Below are positions 46,311-56,158 of a stretch of 64,000 bases of DNA, in pieces. Location: IMG/VR virus record IMGVR_UViG_3300046507_000407; one strand, 5' to 3'. The translations under genes were made by a program, and so were the position numbers. The stretch's first letter is position 1; the number at the start of each line of letters is the position of its first letter. The DNA is from an uncultured virus (IMG/VR IMGVR_UViG_3300046507_000407). Its lineage: Duplodnaviria > Heunggongvirae > Uroviricota > Caudoviricetes > Schitoviridae. The notes beneath the pieces are model-generated. The model was not told the DNA's origin. It saw nothing but the letters and a program-made list of their open reading frames with translations, and made no database searches.

Positions 46311-48560
46311 TTATTGATACGAGAAAGCCAGCGGGTTCTTCGTGGGGTCTGCTGCGTCAATCATCATCTGCTGCAAGCGCGCCTTGCCTTCTGCGTCAGC
46401 AGCCTGCGCTGCATCAATCTTGGCCGCAGCCGCCTTGACGTTGGTCTGCTGGGAGTTCGGCCCGTTCAGCTTCTCCCAGGCCTTGTCCCGGCGTTCCTTC
46501 GCAGCAGCATAGATATGTGCCACCCGTTGAGCATACCCCGGATCGACAGGATGACCCTGCTCTTCCTGCTTGCGGATCGAGATCACCTGGCTGGTGACAT
46601 CGTCCAGTGCCTTCTGGGCATTCTGTGCAACGGACTGCGCCTGCTTGTTATCCGACGATACACCCACCGCCTTGGTGATCCCCGCGGCATTGATGCTGCC
46701 CAGCAGGTTCTTCGCAGCCTCCATGTCCAGGTTCTGGCCAGTGGAGAGGCGTGTACCATCGAGCCAGGTTCCCAGGGTCGAGTCGATCACGTCTCCCGAC
46801 TTGATGACACCGTTGCCCTGCGCAATCAGCTGGCCTGCCGCCGCGGCCGTCAGCTGTGCCACCGCCTTGTTATTCCCATCACGCTGCGTACCTTCAGGCG
46901 ACTGCATGACCTTCTCGATCATGCGCTGGATGCGGTTCTCGTTCTGCCCGTCGAATTGCCCGCCCTTGGCTACCAGCTTGTGCGCAACCGCCTGCGGAGA
47001 GGTGGTCTTGTCGCTCATCGAGGCAACCCACTGCTCCGGGTCAATGCCGGTGTTGGCGACTATCTGGTTACCATGCTGCAGCGAGCCGGCCTGAAGCATC
47101 GCATTGACCGACTTGCTCTGGCTGGAGTTCGCCACCAGCTCGTCGATGCTAGGCAACTGTGCTGCCTTGGCGATAGCCGTCGAAGCACCACTGGCCGGAG
47201 CCGGCGTCACATCCTGCTCACCCGGAGCCAGGGAAGCAGAGGTAGCACCCTGGGGACGGGCCGTGGCTGCAAGGATCGCAGCCGGACTCGTGCTCGACTC
47301 GCCCTTGCCGATCACTTCCCGTGCCTGGCTCCAGTCCGCACCCTTGAGCGCACTGGCGGTTGCCGGTGTCAGCGACGTCCACCGGCCAACCATGGCCGAC
47401 GGGTCATTCTTGACCGTGTCCCAGATGGCGCTGGCCACCTTGTCATGGGTGGCATAGTCGTTGATGTCAGCGTTGCGCCAGTCCTTGCCAAGTGCCTTGG
47501 GCGCGAAGTCTGCCCAGGTCGGAGCCGTGATCTGATACGGACCCACATTGGAGTGGCCGGTGCCGTCCTGGGTCTTGTGGGCATCGGCCAGTGCCTTGCC
47601 GTTATCAACCACATCACCGACAGTCCGGATCGACGGATCGACCTGGCCACCACCGAGCGTCAGTCGCATCGGGTTGGTGTCGCCCGTGGCTGCACCGCCA
47701 CCACCGACAATACCCCCGGAGCCAGCAGGAGAAAGGCCAAGCTGGTAGTCCTTGTTACTCTCGTTCCAGCGCTTGCGGGCCAGTGCTTCCGTCTGCGGAT
47801 CGAGCCCAAGGCTCGCCACATAGTCGCTCATGCCCTGTGCATCCGTCGGCGGATGACGGGCCATCAGCTGCACTGCCTGGTCTGCCTTCACCGATGCAGC
47901 CTGATCCCGTGCTGTGACCTGGTTCGAGAGCACCTTGCCTGCCGTGTCCAGGGTCTTCTGCCCGGCATCCTGACTGCCGCGCATGATCTTGCCGAGCGTC
48001 TCCGGATCGACACTCAGTGAGAGCTGCTGGAACTCGGGGCTGCTCACCAGTGCATTGGCTTCATCAAACCGCCCGGCATCCCGCAGCGTCTGCACACGGT
48101 TCGCATACGGCATGATTGCCGAGAGGGCCGACTGGTCACGCTGGGATACACCGAGATCGAAACCGGTCTTCTGCGCACGCACCGTGTCGTACTGCCCCTT
48201 CTGCAGAGCAGCGAGGCCTTGTGCCGAATGCAGGTCGTTGTTGACACGGTCATCGACGCCCTTCTGCAGTGCGCCGATCTGTGCCGCATTCACGTTGGAC
48301 GGGTCAATGCCCAGGCTCTGCAGGTTCGAGAGCAGCGAACCATCCGCCAGTGCCTTGCGCAGACCATCCGCCGTCTGGTAGCGGGAAGCGGCCTGTGCCA
48401 CTGCATCATTGGCGATGGTGGTCTGGTCAGCACCGAACTTGCCAATGGCATCGGAGAGTCCGTTCGTGCCGCGGGTCAGCAGGCCCGCAGCCGTAGCGAG
48501 TCCCTGAATTGCGCCGTCACCGTGCGGTGCATCGACATTACGCCAGGTCAAAACAGCCAT
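46311..48560 (-). CDS. internal virion/ejection protein with lysozyme-like domain (N4 gp51-like)
   Basis: MAVLTWRNVDAP N-terminus; internal SNVGPYQITAPTWAD...W.SL muramidase-like segment; position next to vRNAP. Confidence 0.75.
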   Translation of the reverse strand: MAVLTWRNVDAPHGDGAIQGLATAAGLLTRGTNGLSDAIGKFGADQTTIANDAVAQAASRYQTADGLRKALADGSLLSNLQSLGIDPSNVNAAQIGALQKGVDDRVNNDLHSAQGLAALQKGQYDTVRAQKTGFDLGVSQRDQSALSAIMPYANRVQTLRDAGRFDEANALVSSPEFQQLSLSVDPETLGKIMRGSQDAGQKTLDTAGKVLSNQVTARDQAASVKADQAVQLMARHPPTDAQGMSDYVASLGLDPQTEALARKRWNESNKDYQLGLSPAGSGGIVGGGGAATGDTNPMRLTLGGGQVDPSIRTVGDVVDNGKALADAHKTQDGTGHSNVGPYQITAPTWADFAPKALGKDWRNADINDYATHDKVASAIWDTVKNDPSAMVGRWTSLTPATASALKGADWSQAREVIGKGESSTSPAAILAATARPQGATSASLAPGEQDVTPAPASGASTAIAKAAQLPSIDELVANSSQSKSVNAMLQAGSLQHGNQIVANTGIDPEQWVASMSDKTTSPQAVAHKLVAKGGQFDGQNENRIQRMIEKVMQSPEGTQRDGNNKAVAQLTAAAAGQLIAQGNGVIKSGDVIDSTLGTWLDGTRLSTGQNLDMEAAKNLLGSINAAGITKAVGVSSDNKQAQSVAQNAQKALDDVTSQVISIRKQEEQGHPVDPGYAQRVAHIYAAAKERRDKAWEKLNGPNSQQTNVKAAAAKIDAAQAADAEGKARLQQMMIDAADPTKNPLAFSYQ

Positions 48561-48569
48561 GACTCCCCC

Positions 48570-49025
48570 TTATGCGAGCTTGTGGGCGTTGATGTACGCC
48601 TGGGTGTCGGCCGCCGACTGACCCGTCACCGAAGCACGAGCATTGGCCCGGTCTTCCAGCGAAGTGTTGTAGGTCGACACCGAGTTGTTGTAGTTCTTCT
48701 GTGCCAGATCCTTCTGGAAGCTGAACTGATTCTTGGCCAACCCCAGTGCCTGGATACCCGTGTAGAGGTTAGCCAGGGTTGAGAGTCCACTGAGTCCCAG
48801 CTGAAGCGTGGGAAGGTTGGCGCCCAGTCCACTGCTGCCGGCGATTGCACTACCGCCCAACACACCTGCGGTGGAATCCGTAGATGCACCCAGCGTGGGC
48901 GAGCCCATGCCGAACGAGTTGATCGCCCCATAGCCAGAGGTGTTGGACACACCCAGGCCCGTCGGGACTGCGAACTGGTTAGGGTTGGGCGTTACTTGCG
49001 TGCCATACCCGAAATTAAGATCCAT
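48570..49025 (-). CDS. virion structural/ejection protein (N4 gp52-like)
   Basis: 151 aa, Gly/Ser rich, YNTSLEDRANAR motif; synteny. Confidence 0.8.
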   Translation of the reverse strand: MDLNFGYGTQVTPNPNQFAVPTGLGVSNTSGYGAINSFGMGSPTLGASTDSTAGVLGGSAIAGSSGLGANLPTLQLGLSGLSTLANLYTGIQALGLAKNQFSFQKDLAQKNYNNSVSTYNTSLEDRANARASVTGQSAADTQAYINAHKLA

Positions 49026-49034
49026 GATGATCCT

Positions 49035-51578
49035 TTAGGTAACGAGAGTCTGAGCGGGATCCAGAGTCAATGACGTGAACTGCGAAATCAGTGCGTGCGT
49101 GAGTTCCGCAATATCGCTACCAGTCATCAGTGTTCTGTTCAGGAAACTGCTGGCAGGCTCATACACATGCTGCTGTGTTGGCTTGCCGGTGTCAGTGAGC
49201 TGCATGGGATCGAACGACGCCATGTTGTCGAGACCGAGCGCCCGATAGGCGTCCTGCACGTCAGCTTGCTTGGCATTGTACGACTCCAGCATCTCGGTGG
49301 TCTGCTTAATTACATCCTGTGTTTCCACCGCCATGTACTCATTCACACCCTGCCCGATGGCATTGGTGATCGTGAGAAGTGTCGCGGGTTCTGTCAGCTG
49401 GCTCAGGGCCGTCGTCCAGCTGCCGCCAGCGGCCATATTCATGCCGACGACCATGATCACCACTGTTGCAATGGCGCCAACGATGGCCCCGACCTTGTCC
49501 CCGAACGCCGCCTTGGCGATCAGGCCAAGCACCTTGGAGAGCACCATCGCCGCGATCATGCTGATGGCGATACCGGCAATCACGGCCGCTGTGCCGGACA
49601 GTCCGATTGCACCGCCAATGGCGCCATAGGCTGAGGTGGCCGGCCCGGTACCAGTGCCCCAGGTGAGCCAGGTGATAACGATGATGATGATGATCATGAT
49701 CACCGAGAACCACCACGACTGGTACCACTTCTTCTTCACCACCTGGTAGCAGTTGAACACCATGTAGACGCAGGCTGTCGCCATCTGCGTCGAGTCCTTC
49801 AGGCCGGTCGAGCGGAAGATCTCTTCGTGCAACGGGATGATGAAACCGCTCTCCTCCCGGTCGTTGATCGCATCGGTGATGCCGATATCGACCGACTTGC
49901 CGTCGTAGATGAAGTTCTGATGAACCAGGCCATAGAGCGTGAGCGACTTCCAGTTGTTCGCATCCACCTGCCACCAGAGCGTGACACTGGACACCTGGGT
50001 GCTCAGGTTGATCACCTGGGCCAGATCATTGCCGGGACGCAGCGACTTCGTGTAGATGTCCGATCCGTTGATGGTCCACCAGATGTCACCCACCTTGTGC
50101 GTCGCATCAGCCATCCCGGCACCGGAAGCCGGCTCCACCCCGTTCCATGAGATCTTCATGTTGAAGTTCAGGTTCTTCGTGCCCGAGGTCTTCATCTCGA
50201 TGGACTGCCACGGCAGGGCCGGATACGGAATCAGCACAGGCGGCTTGGTAGCCTGCATGCCCACACCGCCATTGGCATCGGCCCAGGCGAGATAGGCTTT
50301 CTGGCTCGCATCGGCCAGCTCCCACTGGGTCTTGAAGCGGGAGTAGGCCCGAAAGTCAAATGAGGCCGACTCCATGATCGACTCGAAGAACGCCCACATG
50401 TATTTCTTGGCCGTCGGCTCTTCCACATTGGCCGATACCCCGAAGACGACATAGGCATAGTCGATGTCACCTATCGACTGGTTGTCGTTGATCTTGTCGA
50501 TAAGCTTGTTAAAGCGTCCACCCGTCGCCTTCAGATAGGCACGCTTCGCCGCGGTGTAGACCTCCGGCTGGTAGGACGGCGACACCATCCTGTTGTTGAT
50601 CCGCACCGGGATATACGGGAAGAACGAGCCCATGTCCTTGGGTGCGGCAAACATTGCATCGAGCACAGCGTTGCCTGAGCCAGAGGCATAGATGAACACC
50701 TTCAGCCCGCTTGACACCGTGTTCGTGATGTCCTGCGTGTCGATCCGGTAGGACCGGGAGATCGCCGTGGTGTTGCCCGCCGCCACCACGTTTTCCGTCT
50801 GCGTCATGATCTGGCGCGACGAGTGCGTGCGGGACCGGTTGGCCAGATCGATGCCGAGGTAGCTGGTCTGCTGGAACACGTTGACCGTGTCCATCCCCTG
50901 CACGGTCGTAGCCGAAAGCTGGAGTGTGACGGGAGTGAGCGTGCTGCTCACCAGTGCCCAGCCCACCGTGGAAGGAAATGCCCCGGTACCGACGTTCACC
51001 GTCTGGCCCGGTACCACCGGACCATCGACCTTGCCCGTGTCCAGGGTGTAGGCCGCAAAGAGATACCGTGCCTGCGGGTCGAACCCTTCCGGCACGAACA
51101 CATCGACCGATCGATCGGCGTAGGTGATGTAGCACTGCCCCATCAGATAGTCGGCGTGCCAGTCCGTCTCGATGAGCTCCGGACGGTGGGACAGGATGTA
51201 CTGCTCAGCCCACCAGGAGATGTCCCCGTAACCGAGATCCATCGACTGGATGGACACCGTCTCGCCGGCTGCGGACGGGATCTGCTGGGCGAGCAGATGG
51301 GCATCGAGCCGGTTACCCGTGGAGATCTGCCCGGAGACGAAGCCCACCTTCTCGGCGTAGCCCGAGCTGCCTGCGGCCCACTTCGAGAAGTTGCGCAGCG
51401 TCATCCCCGGGCCATTGCGATAGCCATCCCGGATCGTCTCACCCAGGGAGTCGCTATCGTTGATGACACCAGACAGCACAGTCGTCTTCAGGAAGTTCGG
51501 ACGATCTTTCACATCCCCCGCCAGGTTATAGATGGAGGATGCGACAACCGTGGTCGAGCCAGCACTGAAGAAGCCCAT
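49035..51578 (-). CDS. N4 gp53-like protein with hydrophobic C-terminal segments
   Basis: MGFFS...VASSIYNLAGD; KKKWYQS followed by TM-like stretches; synteny. Confidence 0.8.
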   Translation of the reverse strand: MGFFSAGSTTVVASSIYNLAGDVKDRPNFLKTTVLSGVINDSDSLGETIRDGYRNGPGMTLRNFSKWAAGSSGYAEKVGFVSGQISTGNRLDAHLLAQQIPSAAGETVSIQSMDLGYGDISWWAEQYILSHRPELIETDWHADYLMGQCYITYADRSVDVFVPEGFDPQARYLFAAYTLDTGKVDGPVVPGQTVNVGTGAFPSTVGWALVSSTLTPVTLQLSATTVQGMDTVNVFQQTSYLGIDLANRSRTHSSRQIMTQTENVVAAGNTTAISRSYRIDTQDITNTVSSGLKVFIYASGSGNAVLDAMFAAPKDMGSFFPYIPVRINNRMVSPSYQPEVYTAAKRAYLKATGGRFNKLIDKINDNQSIGDIDYAYVVFGVSANVEEPTAKKYMWAFFESIMESASFDFRAYSRFKTQWELADASQKAYLAWADANGGVGMQATKPPVLIPYPALPWQSIEMKTSGTKNLNFNMKISWNGVEPASGAGMADATHKVGDIWWTINGSDIYTKSLRPGNDLAQVINLSTQVSSVTLWWQVDANNWKSLTLYGLVHQNFIYDGKSVDIGITDAINDREESGFIIPLHEEIFRSTGLKDSTQMATACVYMVFNCYQVVKKKWYQSWWFSVIMIIIIIVITWLTWGTGTGPATSAYGAIGGAIGLSGTAAVIAGIAISMIAAMVLSKVLGLIAKAAFGDKVGAIVGAIATVVIMVVGMNMAAGGSWTTALSQLTEPATLLTITNAIGQGVNEYMAVETQDVIKQTTEMLESYNAKQADVQDAYRALGLDNMASFDPMQLTDTGKPTQQHVYEPASSFLNRTLMTGSDIAELTHALISQFTSLTLDPAQTLVT

Positions 51579-51580
51579 GA

Positions 51581-52468
51581 TCAGAGTCCGGGGAAGTTGT
51601 TGGCCTTCAGCTTGGCCAGCACCGAGTTGACCGAGTCATTGGTAAAGCCGGCCGGCGCTTCCAGTCCCTCGTCGATGGTCTTCATCGTGATCCAGGCATC
51701 GGTGAAGATCTTCGCCGCCTTGGTCTCGCCGTCCCGCTGGTAGCTCGTCACCTGCTGGGCGTAGAGCGCCTTCTGCGAACCAACGGTACCGGCGACTGCC
51801 GTGCCATCGGTGCGGGTTTCCATCGTCTGTGCACGGGCGGCTTCTGCCTGTTCGGAGACGAGCGTCACCTGCTTGTTGGCCAGATCGGTTGCAGCCTTGG
51901 CCTGCAGGAGCTGCTGCGGCATCAGGTTTTCGAGCTGGTACTTGGACACGCCGAACTGCACGTCCTCGGTACCGAGCTTGGCCTTAGTCAGTGCCAGCGT
52001 GGCCTTTTCCGTCTCGGCCTGAAGGCGGGCCGTGATTGCCTGGTACTTGGCGGTTTCCATTGCCACCCGGGCCGTCACCATCGTCACCTGCGCATTGACT
52101 GCCTGCCAGTACGCAGCGTCACGCTGGATCAGGAACTGCACGGCGTTCTGCACCGCGGAGTCCATCAGGGCCATGTATGCCTTGGTGTACTCGGCGCCCG
52201 TGATGCGGCCCTTCTCGTATTCGGTCTGAAGCTGCGCTTTCATGCCCTGCATGAGCACGTCGAACGTACCGGTACCGTCCACACTGCCGGCTGTCAGGTC
52301 GGCATTGGTGAGCTTCTTGATTTCCTGGTACGCAGCGGAGTTCGTATCACTGGGCACCTTGTAGATGTCCGAGCTCAGATCCAGTGCATCAATCGCAATG
52401 GGTGTACCGGAGAGCAGTGAACTGAAGGTGAGGTTTGCGTCATCTGCGACGCCGTATGGAGCTGGCAT
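51581..52468 (-). CDS. virion structural protein (N4 gp54-like)
   Basis: GTGTFDVLM, GRITGAEY, DAWITMKTIDEG; ATG 52468. Confidence 0.8.
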   Translation of the reverse strand: MPAPYGVADDANLTFSSLLSGTPIAIDALDLSSDIYKVPSDTNSAAYQEIKKLTNADLTAGSVDGTGTFDVLMQGMKAQLQTEYEKGRITGAEYTKAYMALMDSAVQNAVQFLIQRDAAYWQAVNAQVTMVTARVAMETAKYQAITARLQAETEKATLALTKAKLGTEDVQFGVSKYQLENLMPQQLLQAKAATDLANKQVTLVSEQAEAARAQTMETRTDGTAVAGTVGSQKALYAQQVTSYQRDGETKAAKIFTDAWITMKTIDEGLEAPAGFTNDSVNSVLAKLKANNFPGL

Positions 52469-52484
52469 GTTCTTTCCCTGGTTC

Positions 52485-52529
52485 AAACAAAAAACCCGCC
52501 CACCGGGTTTGACCCTTGGGGCGGGCTTC
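52485..52529 (-). terminator. intrinsic terminator
   Basis: Minus strand GCCCGCCCC...GGGCGGG followed by TTTTTTGTTT. Confidence 0.7.
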
Positions 52530-52549
52530 TCGTGATGAAGATCGTCGAC

Positions 52550-53164
52550 TTATTCGGTGGTGGCTTCGACTGAGCCTGCGGCGATCTGCGCCGTGGCAAG
52601 CTGGTGGATTTCCTTGTCCGTCAGCTGCGGCAGCACCTCGATGGCGAATTCCTTGTTCCAGCTCGTGACCGGCGTCGTCACACCCGTGCGCTTGTCCTTG
52701 ACCGTACGGATGTTCAGGAAGCGCCGGGCTTCGAGCGTCTTGTACAGGATCATCGGGAGGTGGTAGCCACCGTCGGTCGCTTCACCGTAGGGGATGAACT
52801 TCTTGATGTTGCCCAGATGTTCGTTGGCCACACACAGGAGCTCACCCGGCAGGTTCGCTTTCTTCGGATCCAGACACTGGATCCGCACCCGCACGAGCTT
52901 CATGTTCTCGTCGTGCAGATGCTGGCGCAGCGTCTTGCGCTTGACCGGCCGAGAGTCGCTTGCAAGCGGGTTGGACTTCACGTCTTCGCCTGCGGCCGGT
53001 GCCTTGTCTTCCTGTGTGGCGTTCATCTTCTCGTCGATCTTCTTCTTCAGCGTTTCGACGGAGATGTTATTGCTGAATACAATGCCCATCAGGCTGGCAC
53101 GTTCCTTCAGCATCTGGAGTTCGGAGGGCTGGTTATCAGCCGGATCTTTCAGCAGTTCGCTCAT
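52550..53164 (-). CDS. N4 gp55-like protein
   Basis: ELQMLKERASLMGI.FSNNI..ETL, KLVRVRIQCLDPKK, EFAIEVLPQLT. Confidence 0.8.
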   Translation of the reverse strand: MSELLKDPADNQPSELQMLKERASLMGIVFSNNISVETLKKKIDEKMNATQEDKAPAAGEDVKSNPLASDSRPVKRKTLRQHLHDENMKLVRVRIQCLDPKKANLPGELLCVANEHLGNIKKFIPYGEATDGGYHLPMILYKTLEARRFLNIRTVKDKRTGVTTPVTSWNKEFAIEVLPQLTDKEIHQLATAQIAAGSVEATTE

Positions 53165-53180
53165 GATGGTTCCTTCAGAG

Positions 53181-53226
53181 GAACCAGGGGAAAGGACACT
53201 CGGCGGAGTATCCTTTCCCTTGGCTC
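53181..53226. repeat. long stem-loop downstream of the capsid gene
   Basis: GAACCAGGGGAAAGGACACTC-GGCG-GAGTATCCTTTCCCTTGGCTC. Confidence 0.7.
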
Positions 53227-53230
53227 AGGT

Positions 53231-54463
53231 TTAGATCGGCGCGACCGTCTTGATCATGCCAAGGCGTTCCGGGCGCTTGATCAGGATACCGTAGTACCAC
53301 TTGATCGAGCTGAAGCCCGTTTCACCGTACGGATCATTGCGATCCGCCGTCTCGTTGCCCGGCATCTTCGTGAGCACCGAGAACTTGACCGTCTTGCCGT
53401 CGGTCTGGAAACCGATGGTGGTGAACGAGTCGTCACCGATGGTGAGCATCGGGAACACGTCGTAGTGCTCCGCACCGCCCTTCATCGAGCTGCGATAGCC
53501 CGGGTTGTCGACCACTGCCGCACCAGCGCCGGCCCAGTGCAGCATTTCCGGCACCTGGATGAAGCGCCACTTGCCGATGCTGCCGACTTCGCCGTTCAGC
53601 ACGTTGCCTGCATCGGCGTAGTGCTGGATTTCGATGAACGCCTTGTTGCCGAAGGTGTCCTTCATTTCCTGCAGCATCGGCGTGAGTTCCGAGCCGACAT
53701 ACATGATGCGCGTCGAGCCGATCACCTTCGTGTCGACCAGACGCGAACCCGTGATGATCGTAACCTTCGTCGGGCTGCGGTTGTCGGTCAGGATCTGGTC
53801 CAGACGCACCAGGTTCTTGTACGACACCACCGAGGCCGGGATTTCCGGCACGGCACCTGCAGCCGGCGTCACTTCACCGGTGATCTCGGCGTCCGACGTC
53901 GCAGCACCGGAGAACAGCACGACACCCGGTGCGGCCAGCAGATCTTTCTGCAGCGTGGCTTCGGTCATCTGCACGGCGCCATTCATCAGCTCCGTGGACA
54001 GGTGGCTCATCAGCTCGGAGTCCGAGTCGAAGTCGAGCGATTCCTGCGTGAATTCGGTGAAGAAGCCGAACTTGTGGATCGAGCCTTCACGCTCCAGACG
54101 GGTGAAGCCGACGCGGTTCACGCGGCCACCGTTTTCGGTCAGCACCGGCAGCTTCGAGGTGATCGTGCCGATGTCCTTCGACGAGCCGTACAGGTTGCCG
54201 TTGGCAATCGTGGCGCCGGTAGCGTCCAGACCCTGGTCGTTGATGTTGCGGTCGTCGAGTAGCGGCACGTACTCGTAGATCTTGATCTTCTTGCCGAAGT
54301 TCTTCGGCATGTTGGTGACCGAGGCGAGCGGCATGAAATACTGCTCTTTGCGGGCCGTGATGATGGCCTTCTTCAGCCAGAAAAAGGTGTTCATCTGGTC
54401 CGACGATGCGGAGTCGATGCTCGACTTGCTCCCCTCCGCGGGGGCGTTGTAGTTCAATGGCAT
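53231..54463 (-). CDS. major capsid protein (N4 gp56-like)
   Basis: 410 aa; [55 protein letters not shown]. Confidence 0.95.
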   Translation of the reverse strand: MPLNYNAPAEGSKSSIDSASSDQMNTFFWLKKAIITARKEQYFMPLASVTNMPKNFGKKIKIYEYVPLLDDRNINDQGLDATGATIANGNLYGSSKDIGTITSKLPVLTENGGRVNRVGFTRLEREGSIHKFGFFTEFTQESLDFDSDSELMSHLSTELMNGAVQMTEATLQKDLLAAPGVVLFSGAATSDAEITGEVTPAAGAVPEIPASVVSYKNLVRLDQILTDNRSPTKVTIITGSRLVDTKVIGSTRIMYVGSELTPMLQEMKDTFGNKAFIEIQHYADAGNVLNGEVGSIGKWRFIQVPEMLHWAGAGAAVVDNPGYRSSMKGGAEHYDVFPMLTIGDDSFTTIGFQTDGKTVKFSVLTKMPGNETADRNDPYGETGFSSIKWYYGILIKRPERLGMIKTVAPI

Positions 54464-54480
54464 GGGTCAGGTTCCCTTAA

Positions 54481-55749
54481 TCAAAGCCGGTTTTCAAACT
54501 TCTTCAAGAACTCTTCATCGCTCATTGCGAGCGGGTTGACGAGCTGCTTGACTTCACGGGGAGTGCTCCGCGTAGCTGCGGCGGCACTTGCCTGATCTGA
54601 GTTCGAGACGGCTGGCTTGGGGGCGACGATGCGCGTTGCCACCGGTTCCCTGGTTACCGGGGTCACCGGTGTGTCCGAGGAGCCAGAAACAACAGGAGGG
54701 GGTTGCTTGGCGACCAGGTCGACGAAAGCGCCCGCCTTCTGCAATTCGTTACCCACAGCCTGATAGGCGTCGATGAACGGCAGACCGGCCGGAATGATCC
54801 CCAGGGTGCGCTGGCGGTTCACTTCAGTGGAGATACGGTCGTAGATCCCGTTCTCGCGCTGCTCGTGAATCGTCTGCATCAGCTGAGGCTCTTTCCACAG
54901 CACTTCCTTAGAAGCCTGATCCCAAGTCGAGTTGATGGTTTGAAGTGTGACCTTCCCATCCTGGTTCGAGGTCAACTCGCCCAGAATGGATTTGAAGGCT
55001 ACTTCCTCATCACTGACCTTGTGATTTCCACCAAGGTAGTTTGATTCCTGCTCGGTATCGATCGACATCGGATCGACACCCTTTTCCTTCAGCAGCTTCT
55101 GGATTGCCGCGGGGTTGCCGTTGTTCAGGTCAATCAGGAACGACAGCTTGTCGGGGTCCATCAGCTGGTTGTTTTCCAGCATCAGAAGCGTCTTGCGATG
55201 CGGCGCCATGTCCTGCATCTTGCGCGTGTAGTTCGCCCCCATCTGCATCAGCTGGATCGCTTCGTCGATTGAACGAAGTTCGATCTGTTTGCCGTTTGCC
55301 TTGAAGGGCGTCATCACGCGCTTGTAGAGCGCTTCATAGTCAACAGAAGCAGCCTGGCCAGCTGGCTTGGTTGCGTCGGTACCTTCCGCTGCATCCTTAC
55401 CCTGGGTGTCCTTAGCATCGCCTGCCGGCTTTACTTCAGGAGCACTTGCAGTTGCTGCATCCTTCGTGCTTTCCTGCTTGACTTCAGCTTCCGTCGGAAC
55501 ATTACCACCATTCGCACCCGGTTTACTAGGGGGTTGCGTCGTGGATGCAACGTTCGACTCGACTTCAACTTCAGTTGACTGCGGTTCGACTTTGGTTTCG
55601 ACCGTTTCAACTTTGGCTTCAGGGGTGACAACTTCGCTGGGCTTGTCGGCGGGGACTTCTTCAATCACCTCTGCACCGGGCAAAGGCTGATTGAGGAAGT
55701 CCTCATCCGACATCGCCAGCGGATTCTGCTCCGCTGCGACGTCAGGCAT
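54481..55749 (-). CDS. N4 gp57-like protein (scaffold; often annotated tape measure)
   Basis: NPLAMSDEDF/EEF at both termini; PFKANGK, LMQMGANYTRKMQ. Confidence 0.85.
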   Translation of the reverse strand: MPDVAAEQNPLAMSDEDFLNQPLPGAEVIEEVPADKPSEVVTPEAKVETVETKVEPQSTEVEVESNVASTTQPPSKPGANGGNVPTEAEVKQESTKDAATASAPEVKPAGDAKDTQGKDAAEGTDATKPAGQAASVDYEALYKRVMTPFKANGKQIELRSIDEAIQLMQMGANYTRKMQDMAPHRKTLLMLENNQLMDPDKLSFLIDLNNGNPAAIQKLLKEKGVDPMSIDTEQESNYLGGNHKVSDEEVAFKSILGELTSNQDGKVTLQTINSTWDQASKEVLWKEPQLMQTIHEQRENGIYDRISTEVNRQRTLGIIPAGLPFIDAYQAVGNELQKAGAFVDLVAKQPPPVVSGSSDTPVTPVTREPVATRIVAPKPAVSNSDQASAAAATRSTPREVKQLVNPLAMSDEEFLKKFENRL

Positions 55750-55752
55750 GGT

Positions 55753-56112
55753 TTATTCGCCTCCGAGTGTTTCGAGATCACCACCGGCACGGACGTGTGC
55801 GATGGCCTGTTCGTAATCAACGATCTGGCCGTCAGCGTTGTCGCCCATGACCATCTGCATCGCCATCCAGCGCTTCAGGTGGCCTGCTGCCTGGGCCATG
55901 GCCAGGGCATCCGCACGCTGGCGATCCGTGAGTGCCGGATCCGCCGATTCGCGTGCATACCGGGCGCATTCCTGTTCACAGAAGGCTTCACGGATCACCT
56001 TGCGAAACTCACGGTTGTCCATGAGCCTGGCGAGCTGGTCCCGAAGCGCAACTTGCGCCTTGGAATCTTCCAGTCCCTTTTCGAGTTGCTGGAGTTGAGA
56101 TACTGCGTGCAT
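55753..56112 (-). CDS. N4 gp58-like protein
   Basis: 119 aa between portal and gp57; RLMDNREFRKVI...ECAR. Confidence 0.75.
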   Translation of the reverse strand: MHAVSQLQQLEKGLEDSKAQVALRDQLARLMDNREFRKVIREAFCEQECARYARESADPALTDRQRADALAMAQAAGHLKRWMAMQMVMGDNADGQIVDYEQAIAHVRAGGDLETLGGE

Positions 56113-56158
56113 GGATGGTCGTCCTTGACTATAAAGTTAGGGTTAGGTGACCGGTGGT